Origin: a virus
Lineage: Duplodnaviria; Heunggongvirae; Uroviricota; Caudoviricetes
Length of the DNA: 64,000 bases
IMG/VR virus record: IMGVR_UViG_3300024272_001997
Direction: 5' to 3' (one strand)
Shown here: positions 11,131 through 21,737 of the stretch, in pieces
Layout of the letters: the number at the start of each line of letters is the position of its first letter
Numbering within the stretch: position 1 is the first letter of the stretch
Translations under genes and position numbers: made by a program
Notes under the pieces: model-generated
What the model was told of the DNA's origin: nothing
Database searches by the model: none
Seen by the model: only the letters and a program-made list of their open reading frames with translations

Positions 11131-13143
11131 GTGATTACAGTCTATAATAAAGATTATAAAGACCAATATACCGTTCTATTCCAAGACGCATATAACGTTT
11201 TATTGGATATGCAGGCTAAAGATCCTCTTGGTGTAAAGATTAATCAGTCTGTTTTGGATAAAGGCAAAATCAGTTCTCTTGAAGAGTATTTTGCTCATAT
11301 TGGTTATTTAGCAGATTATCACACTGAAAATATTAGAAATAATCCACCTTCTAATGTTGCATATCAAAACTCTGCTAAGTTCTTGATGCTTCCTATGGAT
11401 GAAAAATACGATGTCAAGTCTGGCTGTTTTTACATTGACCTAAATACTAGAAATATTCAGGTTCCTGATATTTATAGTAAATATGGTGTTAGTGTTACTG
11501 GTGATCAGTTAGCCGAGACTTTGATGTTTAAGGTTCCTCGCTATTTCGATTATACTGACTTGGCTTCTACTGAAATTTATGTTCAGTGGACTAACCCAGC
11601 AGGAGACGAAGGTGCTTCTCGTATTGTCTTAGTTGACTTTGAAGCAGAAGAAGGTTATCTATTATTTGGTTGGCCTTTGACCAGTAAGGTTACTGTTGAA
11701 GGTAAAAATCCTTTGAAGTTCTCTGTTCGTTTCTTCGTAAGAAATGAAGAGAAAGAAATTCAGTACAGCTTAAATACTTTGGCTAGTTCTGTTATGATTA
11801 AGCAAGCTCTATATACTCATTTCAATGCTGACCTAGACATTGATGATCCATCTTTGTTGTTTGCGGCCGCAGTTGAAAATGGCGTTGACTCCAACATGAC
11901 TCTACCTCAGATTCCTGTCTTCTTCTATGATTGGAAATTGGGTAATGACGAAGGAAAAGCTTTCTTAAAGAATGATGCAATTAAGCTATATGCTAGCGGT
12001 GCCACTGCTGATGCAGGTCAGTTGTGCTACAAGTGGTATTATACTCCTCGATTCATCGAAAATAATGTCGCTGTAACTAAAGATACTGAAGAAGTTTTCA
12101 AGGCTTACGCTGATGTAGATACTATCTTCAAGCCCACAAATGATACTGAAAAAGAAGCTGGCAAGACTTATTATGTTGAAGAAATCGAAGCTGAAACTGG
12201 CAATCAGATTTATACTGTTTTCCTAGGCGATGCTTTTGAAGAGCCAGAAGAGGGAGAAGCTGCTCCTGTTTATTATGAGCAGGTAAGTGTTTATACCATT
12301 TTGGCTGTTGATGATGATGCTGAGGATTTGGGTGCTTCTACTGCGCTAGCACCTAATAAGAGATATTGGCCTCACGTCACCGGTGAATACAAGCTAACTT
12401 TGAACAATCAAGTTGGTAGTAGCAAATCTGCAGAGAGCGTTGATTCTTTGAAGTGCGTAATTCCTTGTGTTGAAAAAGTTGAGTTCACCGCAGATTTACC
12501 TAAGAACAAAGTTCTATCTACTATTGGCGAAGGCGAAGAGACTGTTAGCCAGGCTATTTTAACTGTTACTGTTGATGCAAATGACGGTGCTGAAAAGAGC
12601 TATGTATGGTATGAAGCTGCTTCTTCTGACGCTGAATATGTTGAAGTTCCCAATGCTTCTAATGCTAGTATGACTGCTACTCAGCCAGGCTGGTATAAAG
12701 TTAAGGCTATCGGTACTTTGAACAGAGAGAGTATGTGGAAAGAAAGTTCTGAATGTAAGGTTACTTATCCTGCTGAAGCTCCTGAAATCGTCAAGTATCT
12801 AGTTGATGGTATCGAGTATCCTATTACAGATGATGACCCAACTTTAGAGAATGTTCCTGGCTTGAATACTCCTATTACCTTCAAGATTGAAATTGAAGAA
12901 ATGAATGAGTTCCAGACTGACGGTGTCACTTACAAGTGGTTCCGCAATACTCCTAACCAGAATGGTACTCCTATTAAGGATTCTGATCTAGATATTATTA
13001 GTGTAAATGGCAGTGAAATTACTGTTAAGCTATTAGCTAATAATGACTTGCCTGTTAATATTGCCTTCTATTACTGTGAAATCACTAATACTCTAGCAGG
13101 AGAAGAAAAGAAAACTACTTCTAAGGTATTCCAGATTTCTTAA
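11131..13143 (+). CDS. Baseplate/tail protein with BppU-like N-terminal domain and Ig-like domains
   Basis: 670 aa, GTG start; PRYFDYTDLA..IYVQW motif; Ig-like YKWY and YYCEITN segments. Confidence 0.5.
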   Translation: MITVYNKDYKDQYTVLFQDAYNVLLDMQAKDPLGVKINQSVLDKGKISSLEEYFAHIGYLADYHTENIRNNPPSNVAYQNSAKFLMLPMDEKYDVKSGCFYIDLNTRNIQVPDIYSKYGVSVTGDQLAETLMFKVPRYFDYTDLASTEIYVQWTNPAGDEGASRIVLVDFEAEEGYLLFGWPLTSKVTVEGKNPLKFSVRFFVRNEEKEIQYSLNTLASSVMIKQALYTHFNADLDIDDPSLLFAAAVENGVDSNMTLPQIPVFFYDWKLGNDEGKAFLKNDAIKLYASGATADAGQLCYKWYYTPRFIENNVAVTKDTEEVFKAYADVDTIFKPTNDTEKEAGKTYYVEEIEAETGNQIYTVFLGDAFEEPEEGEAAPVYYEQVSVYTILAVDDDAEDLGASTALAPNKRYWPHVTGEYKLTLNNQVGSSKSAESVDSLKCVIPCVEKVEFTADLPKNKVLSTIGEGEETVSQAILTVTVDANDGAEKSYVWYEAASSDAEYVEVPNASNASMTATQPGWYKVKAIGTLNRESMWKESSECKVTYPAEAPEIVKYLVDGIEYPITDDDPTLENVPGLNTPITFKIEIEEMNEFQTDGVTYKWFRNTPNQNGTPIKDSDLDIISVNGSEITVKLLANNDLPVNIAFYYCEITNTLAGEEKKTTSKVFQIS

Positions 13144-13161
13144 TAAAGGAGGTCAATAATT

Positions 13162-13809
13162 ATGTCACAGTTAAGTCAAACTGCTATTGACAAATTATAT
13201 GAAATCCAAAGAAGTAATCCTCCAAAGATGGCTTCCATTCCATATGCGGAGGATTACATTGAAGTTGATTGGCGTACTCGCTCAATTGGAGAACGTGATA
13301 TCCTAAGCACTGCTCGTGACCATAAATCCGAAAATTTATACTTTATCATGGATAGATATTGGGATTATATGGACTTGTCTACCACCACCTGTGTTATTTC
13401 TTATAAGACTTATCCCGCAGACCCCCAGAAGCAAGGTGTGACTGGTTTATATGCCGTTCCATATTACGACATTTATACTCATAAAGCTACTCCTGGCACT
13501 TTGGAAAAGGATAAGATGGTTATTCCATGGTGTATTGATGGACGAGTAACTCAAGACGAAGCAGAAGTAGAATATGCCATTCGTTTTTATCGTGTTGATG
13601 CTGATGGAAAGAAAATCCTCTATAATATCAGCACCATGCCAAATGTTGGCAAAGTCCTATATGGACTAAACGTTCAGCCAAACGGCCTTGAAGACGCCGG
13701 AGATCTAGCTGGTGATTATGATATTGCTAGTAGTATGTATGAACATTTTACTGACGAAATCAGAAAATTAAATCAGCAAGATATTTTTTGGATTGAATTT
13801 GTTTCATAA
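13162..13809 (+). CDS. BppU-like baseplate protein
   Basis: 215 aa; DRYWDYMDLS..CVISY and IPWCI..VT...VEYAIRFY motifs, paralogous in style to the upstream gene. Confidence 0.5.
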   Translation: MSQLSQTAIDKLYEIQRSNPPKMASIPYAEDYIEVDWRTRSIGERDILSTARDHKSENLYFIMDRYWDYMDLSTTTCVISYKTYPADPQKQGVTGLYAVPYYDIYTHKATPGTLEKDKMVIPWCIDGRVTQDEAEVEYAIRFYRVDADGKKILYNISTMPNVGKVLYGLNVQPNGLEDAGDLAGDYDIASSMYEHFTDEIRKLNQQDIFWIEFVS

Positions 13810-13814
13810 CTTTT

Positions 13815-13853
13815 ATGGGTGGAAGTAATTTTTACTTCCACCCATTTTTTTTG
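13815..13853 (+). terminator. Rho-independent terminator
   Basis: ATGGGTGGAAGTAA-ttt-TTACTTCCACCCAT plus T-run. Confidence 0.85.
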
Positions 13854-13960
13854 TTATTGGCCGAATAAAAATAATATACTAATCTCTTTTTTTATTTATA
13901 TTAGAAAATAAAAAGAGATACTCTTTTTTTATAAAAATTTTTAGAAAAGGAGGAACATAT

Positions 13961-16066
13961 ATGGCAACTCTTCCACCCGATGGGATTTATAGTGGTTTTT
14001 ATATTCGTTATTTTTTTGAAGGCGAAGAAATGACAGGCTACTATGGATCTAGTATGGGCATTTATAAAAGTGGAGATCCCGTCGAAGCGACAGTTACTTC
14101 AGATTGGATTATTAATGGGCCTAATGGCGAAGCTGCTTTATGGTATTGGGATTCAAATTATTAGAATGAAATTCAAATTGGTAGTTCATTAAGTTTTCAA
14201 GCTCATATTTATTTAGATGATGGAATCTCCTTTGGAATTATCATATATGGAAAGAGAATGGATATCAAATTAAAGATGGGTGCGAAGACTGATCTTCCAT
14301 CCAGTAAAAATAAAGGCACAGTATATTTTGCTAAAGATGGAGATAAAAACTTTGGTGAATTATATTATGATGATGAAAATGGCAATCGAGTAAAAATTGG
14401 CGGTAGCAATATTAGCAGCGCTAAATTTAAAATTTAGTATAATTCTAGCAATATTGATTTAGTTGATGGCCTTAGATTAGATTTAACTTTTGAAGATGGA
14501 ACTGTAATAGCTTCTAATTTTTTCCCTGAAGCAACAATATATAACCCTGGTTTAATGATGCCTGCCAAGAATAGTATTACAGAAATCCAATAGATGCCAT
14601 TAGGATTGAAATCTTTTTATCCAGGCATTATAATTGGTACAATGCCTGCATTAGAATTAAATAACGGTTATGCCATTGGAATTGGAGATGCTGCAGTTTT
14701 ATTTGGAGATGATAGTACAGAATATAATAAAGTAGGAATAATTCAAAGTCCAGAAACTTTAATATTAGCTACAGAGGATTAGACCGCAGTGTTTAGTGTA
14801 AGCAATTAGGATAATACTCCAGGAATAGTGGCTATGGCTGGTGATGCAAGTTTTACGCTTGCAGAAGGTTATTTTTGGACAGGTTCCTTAGGAGCTGAAT
14901 CTAATTATATTCCTACTGCTTATATTGAAGAACTTCATTCCACTTCAATCAATGCAGCCCAGTTTGAAGGAGCTTTTGCTGGAGATTTAGAAGGTACAGC
15001 TAGAGATGCAACTTCTTGGACCAATGCAATTCTTTTAAATGGCACTGAAGTTAAAGGCGGAGAAACTGAAGCAATTACTACTGCTAAATGGGGTGCTGAA
15101 CGCAATATCTCTATTTCTGGCACTGCCGGCACAACTGGAACTATTGTTGATGGTTCTAATGAAGATGGTTATACTCTAATCATTCCCGCAACTATGATTG
15201 GTTTCACTAGCATCACTTCTACTAATTTATTGGCAACTAACTTAGGAGCTGCTGGAGCCCCAGTTGAAGTTGCTCATTTTAAAGAAACTTATTTCCATAA
15301 TCCTAATAATAATAACTATAAGCATAAGCTAACAAGTAATGCTGGTTCTGCTGATTGTGAATTACAGCTACCTAATACTTCTGGCTTAATTGTTACTAAG
15401 GCTAGCACTACTGCGGCCGTTGGTGGTCTGAATGCACCAGTGTTTGTTGCTGCGAGCGGTGAAGTTACTGCTTGTTCTACTGTCTCTGTCGAGCATGGTG
15501 GTACTGGCGCTAACTCTTTAAGTGCTTATTCTTTATTATATGGCAATGGAACTAATGCAGTAGGACAGGTTACTCCTATGGCCGCAGGCCGTATTTTAGT
15601 ATCTGGCGGTACTACTTCTGCTCCTCTATATGCTAGCCCAAGTTTAAGTTTCAGCACAGGCGCTTCTAATCCAACTATTAGTTTTGTCATTAATGGTGCT
15701 ACTTATACTTCTACTAATGGCATTCAATCTGCTACTGGCGAAAATCCTGGTCTAGTTTCTACTACTACTCAGACTTTTGCAGGAGCAAAGACTTTTACTG
15801 GAGCTGTTAATTTTAGCGCTGGTATCACAAGTACAACAGGTACATTCTCTGGACAAATCAATGCTACAAACATCAAGTTGAGTGGTCAATTGAAGAGTCA
15901 TTCCGCAGGTACTTCTTATCTAACTTTGACTGATACTAAAGCAACTGTGACTTCTCCAACTGTTTATTTAAATGGTACAACTATCGTTCTAAATTCTAGT
16001 AATTATGGTCCTACTTTACCAACTACTAATTTAGAAGAAGGTCGAATTTTCTTCTTATTGACTTAA
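13961..16066 (+). CDS. Tail fibre/receptor-binding protein, 701 aa with 5 in-frame TAG (Gln)
   Basis: Track ORFs 13961, 14594 and 14828 share one frame and are separated only by TAG (14162, 14435, 14591, 14780, 14807); no TAA/TGA until 16064; AAAGGAGG RBS; LKMG..LP..GTVYF..D fibre motif. Confidence 0.75.
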
Positions 16067-16098
16067 TAAAATCTAGGTGAGAAAGGAGAAAATATACA

Positions 16099-18273
16099 AT
16101 GGCAACTTATGATTGCACTATAAATGGTGTTCGTGCAAGAGTTGCTGCCACTGGAGTCTACTGGTTTGGACCCTCTGGCGGCAACCTAGGCACTTCTACA
16201 ACTGACGATGAAGGTTGGGGCGTTAATGATGGAGAAGATTTCTTCGGTGGAAATGTCAACCCCATGGCTTGTGATCCAAGCGGTAATAGTAAATTTACAG
16301 TTGCTATCAAAGTAACTACTCCAAATTTATCAAATGTTACTATTAGTGCTTTAACAATTACAGTTCAAGGTTTTGACCATACTTACAAAGGTCTTACTTC
16401 TACTTATCCATTATATGCTAGTTTAAGAACTACTTCTACAAGTAGTAGTAGTGATACTTACAGCACTTTTAGAAATTACGCAATTGGAAGTGAGGCTAGT
16501 ACCAGTTCTCTTACTGGAAATTCTCTAAATCTTAATACTTGGTCTCCTACTTTCTACGGATCTTTTTCCCCAAATACTTCATATTATTTATTCTTATATA
16601 CTAAATCTACAAGCCAAATTTATGGTTTTTATCACAGTGGCGCAATTTGCACTGATGCTTATGTTACTTATACTCAAAATGCAGCATCTTATACTGTAAG
16701 TTTGAGTAAAGGTACTGGTATCAGTTCTGTAAGTGGCGGTGGCACTTATACAGAAGGCGATTTAGTAACCATTAGAGCTACTCCATCTTCTGGATATAGC
16801 TTTGTAAACTGGACAGGTTCAGAAACTTCAACCGCAAACCCTTATAGTTTTTATATTTATGGTAATAAGTCTTATACTGCTAACGCAAGTTCTGCGACTT
16901 ATTTAGTTCAATATAAAGCTGGTACTTATGGTTCTGGTACAGAGAGTTCTGTTTATAAAACTCATGGTACAAATTTAACCTTAAAAGGAGTGCAATTCAC
17001 TCGTTCTGGTTATACTCAAACTGATTGGGCTTCTGACGCCGCAGGTACGGTATGGGTAAATACCTTAAATGGAACTTATCAGACAGATGCTCCTGCAACT
17101 TTTTATCCATATTGGACACCCAATGTATATACATTAACCATTAATCCAAATGGTGGTACAATGTATAACGGTGACAATACTACTTCAAGTCCTTTTACCA
17201 CAGAATTCTCTTATGGTACTCTAACTTATATTGGTAATTTAGATAGTTACGAAGGATACTAGCCAGACAATAAGCCAACAAAACCTGGTTATACTTGTAC
17301 TGGATTTACTTTCTCTGGAGGCTCAGGTCAATAGAATACTAGTGGTGCTACTTTCTATTTTATGGGCGATAATCCAGCCGCCGCAATGGTTACTGCTTCT
17401 GATACTCGCTCTTGGGTTTTCAATGGTAATTATGCTGGCAATGTAACTGCGACTGCAGAATGGGTTGGAAATACTTATACTGTTGTTTATAATGCTAATG
17501 GTGGTACTGGTTCTATGGCTAATACATCTCATACTTATGGTGAAGGCTCTAGTTTAAGAACTAATAGTTTTACCCATTCTGGTTATACCTTTACCGGATG
17601 GAATACCAAAGAAGATGGAACAGGAACTACATATGCTAATAATGCTGTAGTAACTGATTTAACAACTACTGCCGGAGGAACTGTTACTTTATACGCTCAA
17701 TGGGGTGAAGCCACTTATACAGTTATTTTCAATCTAAATGGTGGTAGTATTCAAAGTGGTGATTTTAGTAATATGACTTGTGCTCGTAATACTAATTATA
17801 CCATTCCTACTGGAACCATTGCAGCCAATGGCTTAATCTTCTTAGGATGGTCTACATCATCTTCTGCTACGACTGCGACTTATGAAGCTGGAGATACTTT
17901 CAATAATATTGGAGCCGCAGGCGCAACAGTTATTTTATATGCAGTTTGGGATACAAAAGAGTTTACAATTAAATATCATGACAATAGCAATGGTAATACA
18001 TTAAGTGTTAGTTGTATTCCTGCAGCTACCACCAATACTTTTAGAACTCTTCCTTCTGGATGGACGAAGGATGGCTATGAAGCTATTGGTTGGAGTAGAT
18101 CTGCATCTGCCACTTCTCCTGACTATCGATTTGGTCAAGGATTTGTTGATGATTTAGGCGTAGCAGATGGAGCTACTTTAAATTTATATGTTGTTTGGAC
18201 CCTGTAGCAACCATGGACTCTGACTCAATTATATATGTATATTGATTCTAGAGATTCATTTGTTCAATTCTAA
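16099..18273 (+). CDS. Adhesin-like virion protein with InlB B-repeat (Listeria-Bacteroides repeat) domains, 724 aa with 3 in-frame TAG
   Basis: 16099 and 17362 ORFs are in one frame; TAG at 17260, 17332, 18205; TAA at 18271. Repeats of YTV.YNANGG..GYTFTGW..TLYAQW type. Confidence 0.8.
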
Positions 18274-18294
18274 TAAAAAAAAGGGGGATATAAT

Positions 18295-18702
18295 ATGGAC
18301 TGGATGGTTATGTTATATCAAATTTTTGAACTTTGCGTTATTCCTCTCTTGGGTGTATTGACTATGTACTTAGTTCAATTCATTAAAATGAAGAGCCAAG
18401 AAATCGCAGATAAGACTGATAGTGAATTAGCAGATAAGTACATTCAAATGCTTGCTGATACTATCACTACTTGCGTTATCGCAACTAATCAGACTTATGT
18501 TGAATCTTTGAAGAAGCAAGGTAAGTTTGATGCAGAAGCTCAGAAGGAAGCTTTCAATTTGACTTATAATGCAGTTATGTCTGTATTAACTGATGAAGCT
18601 AAGCATTATTTGGCTTCCATTTATGGCGACTTGACCGCCTACATTACTAGTCGTATTGAGGCTGAGGTTAATGTAAGTAAGATTGTTCCTGTTACTGAGT
18701 AA
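18295..18702 (+). CDS. Putative holin (LL-H-like)
   Basis: 135 aa; single N-terminal TM (IPLLGVLTMYLV), charged helical remainder, ends I.SRIEAEV. Confidence 0.55.
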   Translation: MDWMVMLYQIFELCVIPLLGVLTMYLVQFIKMKSQEIADKTDSELADKYIQMLADTITTCVIATNQTYVESLKKQGKFDAEAQKEAFNLTYNAVMSVLTDEAKHYLASIYGDLTAYITSRIEAEVNVSKIVPVTE

Positions 18703-18710
18703 TTGCGGAG

Positions 18711-18755
18711 ATACCCGAAAAATACCTAAAAAGTATTTTTCGGGTATTTTTTTTT
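18711..18755 (+). terminator. Rho-independent terminator
   Basis: ATACCCGAAAAATAC-ctaaaaa-GTATTTTTCGGGTAT plus T-run. Confidence 0.85.
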
Positions 18756-18764
18756 GTCATTCGC

Positions 18765-18896
18765 AGGACCTCAAAAAGTTATGTCCCGGTATTCTTACGG
18801 TCCATTTTTGGTTATTTTTCATTCCAGTCGCGGTCCATTTTCGGTTAGGGTTCGGTCCTCGTTTGGACAAATTAGGGTAATTTTTCGGTCCTAATT
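18765..18896 (+). repeat. Degenerate tandem array of 12 x 11-bp units, consensus about CGGTYHWTTTT
   Basis: GG at unit positions 2-3 in 10 of 12 units; GGWCC at 18766, 18799, 18832, 18854, 18887 (all offsets are multiples of 11). Confidence 0.8.
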
Positions 18897-18956
18897 TTCA
18901 TAAAGCTATGAGGGGATTGGATAAAATATTTTTTGTATGGAGAGGAGACCTTACAT

Positions 18957-19391
18957 ATGTACTCAAACTATAATTATTATCCACAACAACCCTAGCAAGT
19001 CGCCCAATAGCAACCAGTGTACCAACCATTGTCTTACTTACGACAGGCGCCGCCGCAAGCAGGACTGAAAGGACGCTTGGTAGCATCATTGGAAGAGGCC
19101 CGTGCAACCTCTATTGACTTTGATGGTTCTGTATTCTACTTCCCAGATTTAGCGAACAGACGAATCTACACAAAACAAATAAATATGGATGGCACCGCAT
19201 CACTGTGTGTGTATGAATTAAGGGAAATGCCCGTTTAGAGAGAAGAGAGCGGTTCTGTTCCATCCGTTGAGAAATTTGTAACGAGAGAAGAGTTTGAGCA
19301 GGTCCTGGCGCAACTACAAATGCTCCAGAAGCCAACCGAGCCGGCCGTATCTGCCCCCGCAAAAGAAAAAGTAGAATTAATGTCATTCTAA
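18957..19391 (+). CDS. Accessory operon gene 1: Gln/Pro-rich N-terminus, 144 aa, 3 in-frame TAG
   Basis: GAGAGGAG RBS; reads QQP*QVAQ*QP (TAG 18993, 19008) and TAG 19236; FVTREEFE motif; TAA at 19389. Confidence 0.8.
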
Positions 19392-19401
19392 GGAGGTATG
19401 A

Positions 19402-19656
19402 ATGATGTATCCAGTAAACCCAAATAAATTAATCCAAATGATTAAATCCGGGCAAAATCCTCAGCAATTGATGTTATCAATTTTGAAAGGACAAGCCTAT
19501 GATAATCCCCTCGGAAAAAATCTCCTAAATTTAGCTCAATCTGGTCGCACTGTCGAATTAGAGAAAGTAATTCGCAACCTTTACGCCCAGTAGGGCGGTC
19601 AAAATTTCGACCAGGAGTTCGAAGCCTTTAAACGTGCATTAGGCTACAACACTTAA
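19402..19656 (+). CDS. Accessory operon gene 2: small helical Gln/Met-rich protein, 84 aa, 1 in-frame TAG
   Basis: GGAGG RBS; TAG at 19591 read through to TAA at 19654. Confidence 0.75.
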
Positions 19657-19677
19657 AATTTAAGGAGGAAAAAAATT

Positions 19678-20394
19678 ATGTTCAATGGAAAAGGTTATAA
19701 TTTATCTGATATCGCTGCTGTAACCCGTGGAAGTGGTACTGGTTTCGGTGGAGATGGCGACGGCGCATGGTGGCTGTTACTGTTATTCCTGTTTGCGGGA
19801 TGGGGTAATGGTGGCTATGGCGGCGGCCTTGGCGCAGGTAACGCTCGCGACGCTGTTTCTTATGGCTTTGATATCAACAATCTAGAAAATGGAATCCGTG
19901 GACTAGAGCATGGTCTATGCGATGGTTTCTATGACATGAACACTTCTTTGCTAACTGGTTTTGGTAATGTTACTATGGGTAATATGCAGAACACTAACGC
20001 CATTATGGGCCGTTTGTGTGATATGTCCGCAGAGCAAGCTGCTTGTTGCTGCGAAACTCAGCGCTTGATTGAGAGAGGTTTGTGCGAAGTCAACTATAAT
20101 ATCTTGACTCAATCTAACGCAACTAATACTAATATTGCCAATGCCGCGAGAGATATTATTGAAAACAATAATAATGGTGTTCGCTCTATCTTAGACTTCT
20201 TGACTCAGGATAAGATTGCTACTTTGCAGGCTGAAAATCAGGCTTTGCGCTTGACCGCTTCTCAGCAAGCTCAGAACGCTTTCTTGATCGACCAGTTAGG
20301 AACTAAGGCTCCTATTCCTGCATACATGGTAGCTAATCCATATGCTAGCTATGGTTGTGGTATGAACTACTATGCTGGATGTGGCTGCAACTAA
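19678..20394 (+). CDS. Accessory operon gene 3: Gly-rich/hydrophobic N-terminus, CCC motif, coiled coil, Cys/Gly/Tyr tail
   Basis: 238 aa; GGDGDGAWWLLLLFLFAGWG, ACCCETQR, C-terminal YGCGMNYYAGCGCN. Confidence 0.85.
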   Translation: MFNGKGYNLSDIAAVTRGSGTGFGGDGDGAWWLLLLFLFAGWGNGGYGGGLGAGNARDAVSYGFDINNLENGIRGLEHGLCDGFYDMNTSLLTGFGNVTMGNMQNTNAIMGRLCDMSAEQAACCCETQRLIERGLCEVNYNILTQSNATNTNIANAARDIIENNNNGVRSILDFLTQDKIATLQAENQALRLTASQQAQNAFLIDQLGTKAPIPAYMVANPYASYGCGMNYYAGCGCN

Positions 20395-20413
20395 TATCTA
20401 AGGAGGAAAGTAT

Positions 20414-20836
20414 ATGGAAATTATTGCTAATGCTGTTCAAACAGTTCCCGCAAATCAGAATGTTTATTTCACTGATTCTGTTACTTCTGGAAATTATTCT
20501 ATCGAGCATCGTGATGGTAGTGGATTGGTGACTCTTCGCGGAGTCACCAATACTCAGTGCCGCGCCCGTTTTAGAGTACATTTCGGCGCAAATGTCGCGA
20601 TTGCAGAAGGTGGCACCGTCGGACCAATTTCCTTAGCTATCTCTTTGGATGGTGAAGCGGTTCCAGCTACAATTATGACTGTCACCCCTGCCGCAGTTGG
20701 AGATTTCTTCAATGTGAGCGCATCTATCTTTATTGATATTCCAAAAGGATGCTGCTCTCATGTGGCCGTGAAGAATATTTCTACTCAGCCAATTGATGTA
20801 CAAAATGCAAATCTAATTGCTGAACGTTCTGCGTAA
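20414..20836 (+). CDS. Accessory operon gene 4: all-beta protein resembling BclA C-terminal/C1q-TNF-like domain
   Basis: 140 aa; QTVPANQNVYF, FRVHF, LAISLDGEAV, VAVKN..NANLIAER pattern; GCC motif. Confidence 0.6.
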   Translation: MEIIANAVQTVPANQNVYFTDSVTSGNYSIEHRDGSGLVTLRGVTNTQCRARFRVHFGANVAIAEGGTVGPISLAISLDGEAVPATIMTVTPAAVGDFFNVSASIFIDIPKGCCSHVAVKNISTQPIDVQNANLIAERSA

Positions 20837-20847
20837 GGAGGGATAGT

Positions 20848-21429
20848 ATGGACCACGAAAGATTAAAACACATGAAAGAAACTTTAATGTGTGCTGTTGA
20901 AGTACAATTATGTGATTTGGGTGAAGTAGATACTAAAGAGCTTGGAGAAGCTATTGATATGATTAAAGATTTAGAAGAGGCAATCTACTATTGCACCGTT
21001 ACAGAAGCTATGAACAACTCTTCACACGAAATGGAGTTTGAAATGAAAAAAGGCGGCCATCACCAGTAGGAAAATGGTGACAGCCGCATGTATTATGACA
21101 GAAATCGTAGAAGTGATGGTACATTCTATGCTGACAATGATAATTCTTCTTCTTCTGGAATGAATAGTTCTAATGGAAGAAATTATTACGATGACCCAGG
21201 TATGTGGCGCGATGAGCGCGAAGGCCGCAGTTATAATAGTCGTAGAATGTATATGGAAGCCAAGGATATGAAACGAGATAAAGCTACTCAATTGCGTGAG
21301 TTAGAAAAGTATATGCAAGAGCTATCTCTGGATATTACCGAAATGATTGCGGATGCTTCTCCAGAAGAAAAAGCATATCTTGAAAAGAAGATAACCGCAT
21401 TGGCTTCTAAAATTGGTCAAATGAAATGA
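20848..21429 (+). CDS. Accessory operon gene 5: helical protein with low-complexity middle, 193 aa, 1 in-frame TAG
   Basis: 20848 and 21088 ORFs share a frame, joined by TAG at 21067. Confidence 0.8.
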
Positions 21430-21737
21430 TTATAAATGGCGTGCGCTGGCGGGTCCGGTTGGTCTCGCCAGCCCATCCAATGCTACTTACGCCTTGGAGA
21501 ACTCACGCTCTTGGAGTTTGTGATAAAGTCACATAGACTATATGTATAGACAAGACTCTTTCCCCTCAACAACTAAAAGAAGTCTTATGTCATGAATTAG
21601 TTCATGCTTTTATGTTTAGCTATGCTGTGGATTTATCATATGATGAAGAGGAAATGGTAGCAGAGCTTATGACTGAATATGGAGAAGATATATTAGAACG
21701 GACAAACGCGATTTATAATGGTATAAAAATGAAATAA
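21426..21737 (+). CDS. Accessory operon gene 6: small HExxH zinc metallopeptidase-like protein (ImmA/IrrE-like), 103 aa, 1 in-frame TAG
   Basis: Missed by the track; ATG overlaps the TGA of gene 5; TAG at 21534; LCHELVH motif and downstream EE. Confidence 0.75.

Noticed and set aside
1-18273. Diversity-generating retroelement or invertible tail-fibre cassette
   Set aside because: No reverse transcriptase, recombinase, TR/VR pair or flanking inverted repeats were noticed by eye; a self-alignment is needed to exclude them fully.
18765-18896. CRISPR array
   Set aside because: Units are 11 bp, contiguous and degenerate, with no unique spacers and no cas genes.
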